A stretch of 64,000 bases of DNA. Source: Candidatus Latescibacterota bacterium (GTDB taxonomy: Bacteria > Latescibacterota > UBA2968 > GCA-2709665). The notes below the pieces were generated by a model, which saw only the letters and a program-made list of their open reading frames with translations, was not told where the DNA came from and made no database searches. The position numbers and the translations under genes were made by a program. The stretch is taken from assembly GCA_965219455.1 (NCBI GenBank), contig OZ244744.1:3552001-3616000 (forward strand). The letters run 5' to 3'. This document shows positions 29,928-40,440 of this stretch, one piece after another (the first letter of the stretch is position 1; every line of letters starts with the position of its first letter).

Positions 29928-31157
29928 TTACGAAGCCCATCCCGCGATAAAATCCGACGTCGCGTAATCTACAGGCATCTCGTTGAAGTGGTAAGTCATC
30001 GGTCCGGATTGGAACCCGGGCACGAAATGCTCCGCTCCCGACTGGAGCAGTTTGTCCAGCGGTTCGAATCGCCTCCACAGCGTCTCCGCCTCGTTCGCCG
30101 TGAACCGGCCGGCGAAATCGGAGCCCCAGTTCAGCGTGATCGGGTGTTTCCCGCCCCGAAGTCGCCGGGAGAGGTCTTCCGGAACGTCGGGATAAGGGGG
30201 AAGCTTCGCGAGCCGGATCGCCAACGCGGCCTTGCACAGGAAGACGGTGGAGAGTAGCTCTCCCTTTTCGCCTCTGTCCGGATGAAGCCGGTTCAGCGCC
30301 TCTCTGTAAGCCGCGCCGTCGAGTCGGATAACCGCTCTCAAAGCATCCTCCGTATGCCCCTTCATTTCGTTGCTGCGGTCATTCCAGCGTTCGAACGCGG
30401 CCGCGGTTCCGGTGGAAAGGTGTTTCAGAAACGAGGGATCGTCTATGGCGGTGTGAGTACAGAATCCGCCGTGAATGGTTCGTCTAAATCTGGGGCTGTA
30501 GTTACTGCCCCAGTGGAGGATCGGGAGAATGTAGACGACGCCGTCACCGGATTCAAGGTGCGTTTGAACGCCGTTCGGCAGAGGCTGGCAGGGGTCCGCC
30601 AGCATCAGCTCGTTTTCCTCTTCCGTGTTGTAACGGACGTGGCTGCCCGGTACTACCCACAAAACGTTGTCGTCGTAAAGGGGTATGTTCCATTGCACGT
30701 AACGCGGTCCTCCTTCGAGGATGTCGTCGATATAGCCCTGAAGGGGGGCGGTGTCGATGGGGTGGTGGTCTCGATGCCACTTCGCGGGGCCGCGGTCACG
30801 AACCGGATTGCACATCATCATCATCTCGGTTACCGCGGCGTCAGTCACGCCAAGCAGCTGAGAGCTGATTCCCTGAATGTTCGGTTCCAGCCACACCTCC
30901 ACCGCCGGCGCCGTTTCCTCATTGATCCGGCTGACCAGCGGCGGTCGCTGGAGCATCAAACGGGGTTGCGGACTCGTCTCCCACTCGCCTCCTGGCGGGT
31001 CGCCCTCGTTTCTCATGGACCTCCAATGTTCGCGCTGCTGGTTCACGAGCGTTTCGTAAGCCTGGCGAACTTGCATAAGTTTCGTTCGGGGTACGGCCTC
31101 TCTTACGACCATGTAGCCTTCTTCGAGGAATCGATCCCGATCCACCGGATGCATCAT
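29928..31157 (-). CDS. Phytanoyl-CoA dioxygenase (PhyH) family protein
   Basis: FLEEGY, WHRD, VVPGSH, ILHWGS. Confidence 0.85.
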   Translation of the reverse strand: MMHPVDRDRFLEEGYMVVREAVPRTKLMQVRQAYETLVNQQREHWRSMRNEGDPPGGEWETSPQPRLMLQRPPLVSRINEETAPAVEVWLEPNIQGISSQLLGVTDAAVTEMMMMCNPVRDRGPAKWHRDHHPIDTAPLQGYIDDILEGGPRYVQWNIPLYDDNVLWVVPGSHVRYNTEEENELMLADPCQPLPNGVQTHLESGDGVVYILPILHWGSNYSPRFRRTIHGGFCTHTAIDDPSFLKHLSTGTAAAFERWNDRSNEMKGHTEDALRAVIRLDGAAYREALNRLHPDRGEKGELLSTVFLCKAALAIRLAKLPPYPDVPEDLSRRLRGGKHPITLNWGSDFAGRFTANEAETLWRRFEPLDKLLQSGAEHFVPGFQSGPMTYHFNEMPVDYATSDFIAGWAS

Positions 31158-31213
31158 GCTTCCTCCAAATCGTATACAGTTTGCGCTCCGTGGCAATGGC
31201 CCGACGGCCTGGA

Positions 31214-32098
31214 CTATGTCCCGACAAACGTCTCGGGCCACTTTGGTTCGTAGTTGCTCTCGAAAAGCCAGTCAAAGTCCTCCGGCACGATATGCGCCCG
31301 CTCCGGGCGTAGTTTCCGGCGCAGCCGGGGGAAGAACTCCATCAACCCGTCGCGCTGGCCTTTCGGGAGTCCGCATGTAACGCCGGAGGCGGCCCAGGCC
31401 GAAAGCATCGCCTTGCGGGGCACCGTGTCCTCGTTCTGCCAGGCCGAGTGCAGGCCGGAACTGCACAGGATCAGCATCTGCCCCCGGCGGGCTACCATGG
31501 GTACCGGATTCTGCTCGAGCCAGGGTGAATCCGCCAGGTTGGGAACGTGCTCCGGATAGGCCGGCGCGCTTTCAGGCGGATCCGGGCGCACCCCATGCAC
31601 GCGGGGCAGCATTGCCTTGTGTTCCGGCGTCAGGACGCGGCTCCAGTATTCCATAATCGGGCGGTGACTTCCGGGTAGTATGCGCATGGCCCCGCGGTGC
31701 TCCGGCACGTCGTTGAGCCAGAACCAGAGTTCCGCGCGCATCCTGCGGGGCGTCGCCTGGAAGTCCTCCCACGTGGCCTGAATGTCGGTGTGGCATCCGC
31801 CGGCCCATTGGTCGCGCGGGCTCGCGAAGGGCGCTTTGGTCGGAAAACGGCCGTGGGGAGAAAGCCCCCACCACAGATGTACAGCATCCGCCCGCAATAC
31901 TTCCATGGCCATTTCCTCGAAGTAGGGATGCTGGAAGACGTCCATATACGCAGGGTCTTCGTAGGGCGGCCGGCCGCTCGCCGTCAGCCGGTCCCACGCG
32001 GCTTCTGCGCGGTCCAGTTCCGCGGTTGTGAGGGGGCTGTCGACAACGACGGCGCCCTGTTCCTCGTATTGTTTCAATTCCGCTTCCGTGAGTGGCAT
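31214..32098 (-). CDS. Phytanoyl-CoA dioxygenase (PhyH) family protein
   Basis: LTEAELKQYEEQG, HTD, ILPGSH, LHSAWQN. Confidence 0.85.
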   Translation of the reverse strand: MPLTEAELKQYEEQGAVVVDSPLTTAELDRAEAAWDRLTASGRPPYEDPAYMDVFQHPYFEEMAMEVLRADAVHLWWGLSPHGRFPTKAPFASPRDQWAGGCHTDIQATWEDFQATPRRMRAELWFWLNDVPEHRGAMRILPGSHRPIMEYWSRVLTPEHKAMLPRVHGVRPDPPESAPAYPEHVPNLADSPWLEQNPVPMVARRGQMLILCSSGLHSAWQNEDTVPRKAMLSAWAASGVTCGLPKGQRDGLMEFFPRLRRKLRPERAHIVPEDFDWLFESNYEPKWPETFVGT

Positions 32099-32218
32099 TC
32101 AACCCTCCTTTGGGTGAGGCTAACGGCGCGGCCAGTTGTCGTATATGAGCCGCCTGTGTTCTCGCCAAGACACGAGGTTTTATGTTATCCGAGCCGGAAG
32201 TAGCGCGGCCGTCGAGAC

Positions 32219-35200
32219 TCAATTGGCAGCCGGCTCTCGTTGGTTCGGCAGCTGTGTGAAAGTCCGTCCTCGCGCCTTTTTCCGCTCCCGTTTGATATCA
32301 TCCAGGACCGCCATGAAACACGGAATGACAAATAACGTCAGTACTGTCGAAACGAGCAATCCAAAAAGGATCACGTTCGCAAGCGGCGACCAGAGGGCCG
32401 ACTTTCCTCCGATGCCGACAGCCATCGGCATCAGGCCGGATATCGTTGTTACCGAAGTCAGAATGATCGGTCGCAGTCGCAAACGTCCCGCGTTCACGAT
32501 GCTCCGCCAGATGTTCGTCACGGACCCGCCGGCCTGTCTCCGTCTGTTAATGAAAGCGACCATCACAATGGCGTCGTTGACGACGATTCCCGCCAGGGCG
32601 ACGAAACCGAAGAGCGAGATCAAGCTGAACGGATTCCCTGAAATCAGCAGGCCGAGCGACGCGCCAATGATTGCGAACGGCACGGCGGTCAGGATGACCA
32701 GCGGCTGAGCGTACGAGTTGAACTGCGTTCCGAGGATCACAAACATCAGAATCAGGCTGACGGCGAACAGTGACGCGATATCTTCGAACGCTTCCATGAA
32801 ATCCGTAAACTCGCCCCCGATCTCGAAGCTTACGCCGGAATACCGAGCTTCGATCGACGGAAAGATCTCAAGCAGTCTGTCGTTGATCTGATCCACCGTC
32901 GTCGTTTCTTCGTCGATCTCCCCGGTGACCATGATGGTCCGCTTCCGGTCGAAGCGGTTAATCTCCGTGTGTCCGGGACCGATGGAGAAGGAGACCATGT
33001 CCCGCAGCGCGACCGTGCTCCCGCCTGCGTTCGTTACCTGCACGTTCAATACGTCGTCCACGGTCGACCGTTTGGCCTGGTCGTACTGCACGATGACGCC
33101 CACCTCTTCGTCTCCGTCCCGGAACTTCGTCGCCTCGACGCCGTCGAACGCGTATCGAACGTTCAGAGCCACCTCCTGCGCCGAGAATCCGTAAAGGGCC
33201 GCGCGCACTTCGTCCACTTCGATCCGGATCGCGTCCTTGCCCGGCGGGAAGTCGTCGGTCACCTCCAGCGCGCCCGGGATCCGGCGCAACGAGTCCTGCA
33301 GCACAAGCGCCGCTTCCTTCACCCGATCGAGATAACGGCCCTGGGCCTTTACCGAGATCGGTTTGCCCACTGGCGGGCCGCCGGTAAATTTTTCGAAGTT
33401 GACCGATGTGGCTCCGGCGATGTGCTCCGTGCGCTCCCGGAGCATGGCGATCAGCTCTTCCGACATTCTCACTCGTTCCTCCCTGGGCTTCAGTTGCACG
33501 AGGACCTGGGAGACGCTCTTCCGGGTCAGCCACTCGTTGTTGCTCTGAAGGAGGCCCACGTTCGTGACCACGGCCTCGATATCCTCGTCTGAAAGCCGGC
33601 GCGCCTCGGCCTCGTAGGCGCGGGTGACGCGATCCGATTCGTACAGGCTCGTCCCTTCCGGGAACTTGATGAGCACCTTGAAGGCGTCGAATTCCTCGTC
33701 GGAATAAAAATCGACAGGGAGCAGGCGGATGATCATCACGGCGCCGACCAGCACAACGACAAGACATCCGATGACCCAGTAGCGTCGACGCAGCGTGCGT
33801 ATCAGCAGACGCCCGTAGATCCTTCGAAGTCTCTTGAAGAACGGCTGTTCACCCCGTTTGTGGGCATTGGAACGCCCGGTCCATTCCGCGTAGTGGGAAG
33901 GCAGCAGAACGAAAGCCTCGACCACGGATGCGGCCAGCGCCAGGGCGAAGGTCAGCGGGATGATGCGCATGAATTTGCCCATGACGCCCGGCAGGAGGAT
34001 CAACGGGAGGAAGGCCGCGATGTTGGTGCCGACCGAACTGAGGATCGGGGTTGTCACTTCGCCCGTCCCGAGGATCGCGGATTCGCCGGCGCTGCGGCCC
34101 TGCAGCCGGTACCGGTGACAATTCTCGATCACGATGATGGCGTCATCCACGATGATGCCCAACACCATCACCATTGCGAACAGCGTGCTTCCGTTTATTG
34201 TGTAGCCGAATACGCTCAGCAGGATGAACGTAATGAAGAATGAGATGGGTATTCCAAGCGTGGCCAGAAAGGCGTTCCAGGATCCCAGGAACAGCCAGAG
34301 CACGAGCGAGATAAGTATCATCCCGGTGATCGCGTTGTTCCGGAGCGCGTTGATTACCCGGTTGATGTAGACGGAGTTGTCGTCGGTATAGCTGAAGCTG
34401 ATCCCGTCGGGTACCCGGCCTTCATAGTGGCCGACGGTTTCCTTGACCGCGAGAATCACGTCGATTGTGTTCGCGTCGGTTTTCTTCGACAGAGAAAACG
34501 TGATGGACGGGTTGCCGTTCAATCGAGAGAGGACTTCAGGCTCTTCGCGGCGATCCCGGACCCTTGCGACGTCACCGATTCTCACGGCGTCCCCGCCCGG
34601 TGCAGCCCGGATGATTGTCTCGCGGATCTCCTCCACGTTCCGGAACTCAGCGAGGGAGCGGATCACGTATTCCCTGGCGCCGTGCGTGAGGACTCCGCCA
34701 GGTACGTTCAGATTTCTCGCCTTCATCGCCCGAACCACGTCCAGGATCGTAAGACCGCGGGCAGCCAGCATGGACGGATCGACCTCGACCCATATTTCAC
34801 GCTCAGGCAGGCCGGCAACCTGAACCTTGGCAACGCCCGAGATATTCTTCAGGTCCTCCTCGAGATCGTCCGCGACAATCTGAGCATTCTCCTCGGGGAT
34901 CGTAAATGCCATGTTGACCGTGAGTATCGGGAGAAAATCGCCGCTGTCGAAGTCGTCCACTACCGGATCTTCAGCCTCTTCCGGAAGCGCCACCCGGTCG
35001 ATACGACCCTTGAGATCGGTGTAAATCTCCCTGAACTCGGACTCCGGCATGTCTTCGAACTTGACGAGGACCGTGGCCAGCCCCTCGCCTGCTTTGGAAT
35101 TCAACTCATCGATCTTGTCCAGATCGTGGATCTCCGCCTCGATCGGGTCCACAATCAGGCTCTCCACCTCTTCCGGACTCGCGCCCGGGTAGGGGATCGC

Positions 35201-35341
35201 GATAATCACCCAGTTGAAGTCAATCTGCGGATTCAATTCCTGCGGCATGTTAAAGAGACAGATGGCGCCGAAGCAGATCAGTCCCGCCATGACCAGGTTC
35301 ACAAATACCGGGTTTCGGACCGAGAATTTCGCTATCGACAT
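32219..35341 (-). CDS. RND efflux permease (AcrB/AcrD/AcrF family)
   Basis: YPGASPEEVE, GIIVDDAIIVIEN, GIVVNDAI, RLRPIILT; 1040 aa. Confidence 0.95.
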   Translation of the reverse strand: MSIAKFSVRNPVFVNLVMAGLICFGAICLFNMPQELNPQIDFNWVIIAIPYPGASPEEVESLIVDPIEAEIHDLDKIDELNSKAGEGLATVLVKFEDMPESEFREIYTDLKGRIDRVALPEEAEDPVVDDFDSGDFLPILTVNMAFTIPEENAQIVADDLEEDLKNISGVAKVQVAGLPEREIWVEVDPSMLAARGLTILDVVRAMKARNLNVPGGVLTHGAREYVIRSLAEFRNVEEIRETIIRAAPGGDAVRIGDVARVRDRREEPEVLSRLNGNPSITFSLSKKTDANTIDVILAVKETVGHYEGRVPDGISFSYTDDNSVYINRVINALRNNAITGMILISLVLWLFLGSWNAFLATLGIPISFFITFILLSVFGYTINGSTLFAMVMVLGIIVDDAIIVIENCHRYRLQGRSAGESAILGTGEVTTPILSSVGTNIAAFLPLILLPGVMGKFMRIIPLTFALALAASVVEAFVLLPSHYAEWTGRSNAHKRGEQPFFKRLRRIYGRLLIRTLRRRYWVIGCLVVVLVGAVMIIRLLPVDFYSDEEFDAFKVLIKFPEGTSLYESDRVTRAYEAEARRLSDEDIEAVVTNVGLLQSNNEWLTRKSVSQVLVQLKPREERVRMSEELIAMLRERTEHIAGATSVNFEKFTGGPPVGKPISVKAQGRYLDRVKEAALVLQDSLRRIPGALEVTDDFPPGKDAIRIEVDEVRAALYGFSAQEVALNVRYAFDGVEATKFRDGDEEVGVIVQYDQAKRSTVDDVLNVQVTNAGGSTVALRDMVSFSIGPGHTEINRFDRKRTIMVTGEIDEETTTVDQINDRLLEIFPSIEARYSGVSFEIGGEFTDFMEAFEDIASLFAVSLILMFVILGTQFNSYAQPLVILTAVPFAIIGASLGLLISGNPFSLISLFGFVALAGIVVNDAIVMVAFINRRRQAGGSVTNIWRSIVNAGRLRLRPIILTSVTTISGLMPMAVGIGGKSALWSPLANVILFGLLVSTVLTLFVIPCFMAVLDDIKRERKKARGRTFTQLPNQREPAAN

Positions 35342-35386
35342 ATCAGGAATGCCTCACGTACCAGAACGTTTCAGGGTCCCTTCGAT

Positions 35387-36496
35387 TCAACGTAGGGCGC
35401 GAATCACCACGTGCGTTGCAGCCCCCAGGCGGTTCATGCCCGCCACGACAATCGTATCCCCCTCCGCAAGACCCGATTCCACGGCGACCTGGGAGCCGAA
35501 CGTTACCCGCGTTTTCACCTCGGTAAGCCGTGCGATCCCATCCCGGATCCGATAGACATGCTCCCTGCCGTCCCTGGCGACGACCGCGTTGCCCGGTACA
35601 ACGAACTGGAGACTTGAACCGCCCAATATCACGCGGCACCGGGCTGCCAATCCCGCGCGAATGGACATGTCGGGCGCATTTTCCAGGTGGACCTCAACGG
35701 GAAACGCGCCGGTCGTCTCCTCGGCCTGAGGGGAGATGTAGCGGACGTAACCATCGAAGGTCCGGTCTCCCAGCGCGGCAACGGTGATGCGTACGGGCCC
35801 GCCTTCCTGTACGCGGCCGATGGCGGTCTGCGGGATACCGAGCATGACTTTCATCGTGTCCAGATTCACCACCCGATACGTCGTCGCTCCGGTCGATGTC
35901 ATCGCGCCCAACTCGACGTGCTTTCTGGATATCCATCCGTCGATCGGGCTGGTCAGCCGCGTGTCCTCAAATCCCTTACGGGCACGACTCAGATCAGCCT
36001 GGTTCGACTTCAGATCGGCCTCTGCAGCCTTAACAGCAAGCCGGGAATTCTCGAAGGACAGCCTGGAAATGTCCTCGTGTTCGAACAGTTGACGGTCACT
36101 CTCGAAATTCAGCCGCGCGATCTCCAGTTTGTTCTCGGCGGAGAGGACCTGCGCCATCGCGTGTTCCAGCCGGGCCCTGGCCACGCGGTCGTCGATCACC
36201 GCGAGGGTGTCTCCGGACCGCACACGGCCCCCGACCTGGGCCCTGACCTGCGTGAGTCTCCCGCCGGTTTCAGCGACCACGTCCACCGCCCGGTGCGGGA
36301 CGATAACGCCCGTGACCTCAACGGCCTCCTCCACGTTTTCAAGCCGCACAACCCTGGCCTCGACCGGGACCGCCCGCAGGGTTTCCGCGCCCGGCTCGGC
36401 CGATCCGCCGGCATCGGAGTCCTCCTGCGGCCCACACGAAGGCAGGCAGCAGCACAGAGCGACCAGGGCGTATGTTATTGCGTCTTTATTCTTCAT
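35387..36496 (-). CDS. RND periplasmic adaptor (MFP), probable lipoprotein
   Basis: Lipobox-like LPSC, lipoyl half-motifs, SPIDG, GLAEGDTIVVAG. Confidence 0.92.
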   Translation of the reverse strand: MKNKDAITYALVALCCCLPSCGPQEDSDAGGSAEPGAETLRAVPVEARVVRLENVEEAVEVTGVIVPHRAVDVVAETGGRLTQVRAQVGGRVRSGDTLAVIDDRVARARLEHAMAQVLSAENKLEIARLNFESDRQLFEHEDISRLSFENSRLAVKAAEADLKSNQADLSRARKGFEDTRLTSPIDGWISRKHVELGAMTSTGATTYRVVNLDTMKVMLGIPQTAIGRVQEGGPVRITVAALGDRTFDGYVRYISPQAEETTGAFPVEVHLENAPDMSIRAGLAARCRVILGGSSLQFVVPGNAVVARDGREHVYRIRDGIARLTEVKTRVTFGSQVAVESGLAEGDTIVVAGMNRLGAATHVVIRALR

Positions 36497-37917
36497 TTTG
36501 ACTCCACCATTTCCTCGACCAGATCGTCGAGGCTGCCCATCAGGTAGCTCAACTCGATTACCGCTGAGGTAAGGTCGAACCGGGTCGTGATCTCCATCAA
36601 TCGGGCGTTCTGCAGATTCAGCTTGGCGTCGATGACGTCCAGGTTCGATGCCCGCCCCAGTTCTTTTTCCCGGGAGACGATCCGGTAGTTGTTCTCGTTG
36701 AAGTCCAGGCTGGTCCTGATCAGTTCGCGCTGGTTTTTCAGATTGACGATCCGATTTACCGTCTCGCCGAGCGTCTGTCGGGTTTCGTCCACCAGATCGG
36801 AGAAGCGTGTATCCTGCGCCCGGTAACTGAAGAGCGCCGATTTCAGGCGCGAAAGGTTGCGGAATCCGGTGAACAGCGGAACCGACATATTGAGCATGAT
36901 CATTGAGGGTCTGTAGTCGTCCAACGCCAGCGTATCGTTTCTGCGCCATGCGGTGGAATAGCTGAGAGAGACGTCGGGCAGGTAGCTCGAATATTGCCCC
37001 CGGTAGACAAGGCGACTGCGTTCGCGGTCCCGTGCGGCGGCAGCCAGCATGGCGTTTCCGTCAACCAACGTCTGGTTGTCGACGCCCACGAGCGCCCGAA
37101 TTTCTTCTTCAGACAGACTCGCCACCCGGGTCACCTCCACGTCGAGTCGGGGCGGGATGCGGTCCACCAGCGCACCGGAGTGCAGCATACGAAGGCCAAG
37201 CAGCCGGCGCAGACGAACCGTCGCATCGCGCAACCCAGCCTTCCCGGTGGCCACGCCGCTTTTCTGCTGCTGGTGTTCCACCTGCCACCGTAGCAGATCC
37301 AGCTTCGAATATCTCCCCGCGCGGTGCATCCTTTCGGCCTTCCGGACGTTCAGGCCGGTCAGGACGAGGAACTCACGCTGAAGCTCAAGCATCGCGCCGC
37401 GTTTCAACACTTCGAGGTAGCCGGAAATGACATGGTACAGGATTCGATCCCGGATGGCCTCTCGCGTCCGTTCGGCTGCGGCCTGTCCCGTCCTCGCGAC
37501 CGAAAGGCCGTTAATCAGTTCCGCGTCGAAGATTGGGAGGTGCGCCTCAAATGACGAATAATATGACGTGCGGAACGCTACCTTTGGCACGGGGATTTCG
37601 GGTGGGAAGTACCGCGAAAAATCCCGCTCGGCCAGCGTCTGTTCGTCAATCCGGGTAATTTCCGTGTTGAAGCTGACCCTTGGAGCGAACTGCGACCACG
37701 CGTTCCGACGATCCCAGTTCGCCTTTTCCGCGGCGAACCTCGCCGCCTGTAGCTGGCGGTTGCCGGACAGGGCCTGCCGCAGACACGCCTCCAGGGTCAT
37801 CCGGGGTCCGTCCGTCGGATTCGCGCCGCAGGGTACGGCAGACAAACATAGGACAGCGCCTATCAGAATGAAGGTGTCTCGACGACGATCAAAGACATTT
37901 GTCATAGAATGCTCCAT
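36493..37917 (-). CDS. TolC-family outer membrane efflux protein
   Basis: TLEACLRQAL, YLPDVSL, SVPLFTG, GRASNLDVIDA; first gene of RND operon. Confidence 0.9.
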   Translation of the reverse strand: MEHSMTNVFDRRRDTFILIGAVLCLSAVPCGANPTDGPRMTLEACLRQALSGNRQLQAARFAAEKANWDRRNAWSQFAPRVSFNTEITRIDEQTLAERDFSRYFPPEIPVPKVAFRTSYYSSFEAHLPIFDAELINGLSVARTGQAAAERTREAIRDRILYHVISGYLEVLKRGAMLELQREFLVLTGLNVRKAERMHRAGRYSKLDLLRWQVEHQQQKSGVATGKAGLRDATVRLRRLLGLRMLHSGALVDRIPPRLDVEVTRVASLSEEEIRALVGVDNQTLVDGNAMLAAAARDRERSRLVYRGQYSSYLPDVSLSYSTAWRRNDTLALDDYRPSMIMLNMSVPLFTGFRNLSRLKSALFSYRAQDTRFSDLVDETRQTLGETVNRIVNLKNQRELIRTSLDFNENNYRIVSREKELGRASNLDVIDAKLNLQNARLMEITTRFDLTSAVIELSYLMGSLDDLVEEMVESK

Positions 37918-38106
37918 AAGGATTGCGCTACTGAAGAGACGTCCCGGATAACGGGTGGCGGCGAGCCAGGGAACTCGGCGCAGGCAGGTCGGTTTCTGAT
38001 GGGGTCTGCCCGGGCTTCTATCTGTTTGCGTTTGAGGTCATTGACTATGTGCTGTTATTTGACGTATCGGGGTTTGCCATCGCGGGATCGACGTCAACGT
38101 CCTTGA

Positions 38107-38988
38107 TCAAATTGAGGCCGCCGTTTCAACTTCGGCAGACTGCAGGGAGAATGGGGAGATCTCTTGAGGAAGCTTCGGAAGCACCTGTTTGGAGGACGAT
38201 AAGACGGTATACTGATCCCCCATAACACGCACGATCAGACCATACAGATCGCTGTCTCTCTCGGTATAGGTCGCTTGAAGCCTGCGCAATAACTGCCCGG
38301 ATTCCTGCACCTTCTCACCCTTTTCAACGCGGGTGAGACCATAGACAACCTGATAGGGCTTCACCTTGAGCAATCCGTCCAAAACCTGTTTTTTCGTTGA
38401 AAAACGTCGCTTTTGGTCCTTGTCCAGCGATCCCCAGAACGCTCGTATGCATCGCGCCACCAGCTGCAACCGACAACAAAGCACAATGTTCGAGCCGATC
38501 AACTTACTGTCCATGCGGACGTGCTGACCCAACACACCAAAGGCGTTGGCCTGCGTCCTGGTTAAGCTCGAGAGCGTCTCGCCAATCAGTTCGCGACCAG
38601 TCTTCAGTTGATACTCATACAAAGCATGCTTGAACAGATAATACGTGGACTCAACAGGCGCCTCATCGCATAGATTCATCATCCCCAATGCCCGCATCAC
38701 CAGGATATTGAATCGACAATGCTCGAACAGTTGCGCATCGCTCCATCCAAAACCCTCCCTCAAGATCACCATCGACACCAGTTGTCGAATCGGCGCACCG
38801 GGGCGGTCCCGGTTGGCATCGTGCAACACCGAGAACAGATCCTCATCGACCTTTGACGTGACGTGCTCGTAAAACAGATTATGCCACGACTTCGGATCAT
38901 TCAACTGATCCTGCTTCCGACTCTTGAAATGCGACTCGAAGCTGGCAAACAGATCCGGCTGACTTGAAGGGGCACTCCTTCCAAACAT
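38107..38988 (-). pseudogene. C-terminally truncated transposase (IS5/IS1182-like, DUF772-type N-terminus), copy 1
   Basis: RPGAPIRQLVSM, WSDAQL, RALG, RMDSKLIGSNI; stops just after SLQS; IR-like end GCGACTTTTCGGAGTTGACTC near 39079-39099. Confidence 0.72.
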
Positions 38989-39155
38989 AGATCCCTCCCT
39001 TCTTTGCGATCAATCATCAATCCAGCTTTGCAACCTCTTCACACCTGGAATTTAGCGCTTTTACCCGGCTAGGTAAACGCGACTTTTCGGAGTTGACTCA
39101 AAGATCAATAGACGAATCGGTCAGGCGGGTTGAACGGTCCAACGACACCTTGCGA

Positions 39156-39341
39156 TCACGCCACCCTGTGGAGGCATTCGACACCGGCTCTGGAAGCCGC
39201 GTCGATGTCGAAGCCTACGATGTCTCCGTTGGCGTCGAGATCGACATTCAGCCCGTTAGCGACCTCTCGCGTTTCTGTGCCCGGACCTGATTTGAACTCA
39301 ACGTACAGGCTATCGGTTTCGGGATAGTAATGGAGTTTCAT
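39156..39341 (-). CDS. DUF2283 family small protein (antitoxin-like), C-terminus altered
   Basis: MKLHYYPETDSLYVEF...VDLDANGDIVGFDI. Confidence 0.8.
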   Translation of the reverse strand: MKLHYYPETDSLYVEFKSGPGTETREVANGLNVDLDANGDIVGFDIDAASRAGVECLHRVA

Positions 39342-39400
39342 GGCCCTTCCTTTCGAAATCCGCGATCAAGGAACGCGTTGCTGCAATCCGGGCTGTTCCT

Positions 39401-39637
39401 TCAAGAGAGAGCCGCGTATTCATAGACCTGAGTCTCGATAGTGCGAACGGGTCGGCATTGTTCCCACACCACTTGCTGCAGGCGTTCGACGGTCTCCGGT
39501 GAGAAGTGCTTCTCACCTGTCTCCACGTTGACTCGCGCCGGGACGTTTTCAATCAGGAAGAGCCGCCCATCTAGTTCAATGTGATACGTCACCTTTTTTT
39601 CTACCAGCGTCTCGTTCCATGCGGTGTCTTCAGACAT
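39401..39637 (-). CDS. YgiT-type zinc-finger-like protein (Cys-less), putative antitoxin
   Basis: LIENVPARVNVETGEKHFSPETVERLQ; overlaps the DUF4258 stop. Confidence 0.8.
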   Translation of the reverse strand: MSEDTAWNETLVEKKVTYHIELDGRLFLIENVPARVNVETGEKHFSPETVERLQQVVWEQCRPVRTIETQVYEYAALS

Positions 39638-39950
39638 CGTCCTGTCTCCTTGTCTTGAAGTTGATCCATTTTGAGGGATCAGGTTCATACAGGGTAATGA
39701 TTTTGATTATGGGCCTGACAGGATAGCTGCAATGGAAATGAATTGGCCTATCGGACAACGTGAAGCCGAGAACCAGGCAACTGGGACCATATTTGTCGTG
39801 CGGATAGTCTTCAACGACTTCACTCCGCTCAATGGCTTCTCGGAAATCCTGCATGCTGATCCCGCGAATAATGCTTTGATCAACGGCATGTTGCGAGAAC
39901 TCGACTTGCCCGGTCTTGATTTTGTGAAGTATTTCATCGAGAATTTCCAT
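39630..39950 (-). CDS. DUF4258 family protein, putative toxin
   Basis: FSQHA, VEDYPHDKYGPSCLVLG, RPIH, IITLYEPD..W. Confidence 0.85.
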   Translation of the reverse strand: MEILDEILHKIKTGQVEFSQHAVDQSIIRGISMQDFREAIERSEVVEDYPHDKYGPSCLVLGFTLSDRPIHFHCSYPVRPIIKIITLYEPDPSKWINFKTRRQDDV

Positions 39951-40287
39951 TTCGTCATCGCCCTTCGCCCAACTCCGCCAAAGGTTGTTTTCACATATGC
40001 GTCAGTCGGCATCTCCGCTTGATGCTGGTCAGCTTTGCCGAGTCGGTCATCTCCAAATACCCGCCCTACATTAGCAGTTGGAGGTCTTCCCCCGCGCTGC
40101 AGGCAGGCCCACAAGGGATGCCCCTACAAGGCGGCCATGAGTGGTTCAGCACTGAAGGTGCTTGATCCGGTACCGCGAACTGGTAGTTTGCGGAATAGTC
40201 GCTGGACCGTCGCCTCAAACGTATGAAGCGAACATCGAGCCTTCAATAACGGGCAATCGTCAGCTTTCGCAGCCCGCGGAACGCCGA

Positions 40288-40435
40288 GCGTCCAATTGTC
40301 GATTAATAGAGCGTCTAATTGTCGGTTAGAATACCGTCCATGTGTTGAATATCTGCGACGTGTAATCTACAAGATTTGGTCCCCGCAATCACGAGGCGAG
40401 ACCGTCAGCAAGGTCGATCAATGCTGCGAGCGGGG
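40288..40435. repeat. Module U: triple 23-bp-period GCGTCCAWTTGTCG motif plus about 90-bp tail (also 41681, 43722, 52545, 56941; partial 39100-39135)
   Basis: Units start at 40288/40311/40334, with the same spacing in each copy. Confidence 0.85.
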
Positions 40436-40440
40436 CGTCC

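Noticed and set aside
36497-36949. N-terminal extension of the 520-aa MFP ORF
   Set aside because: Overlaps tolC in another frame; the real start is likely 36496, giving a signal peptide and lipobox
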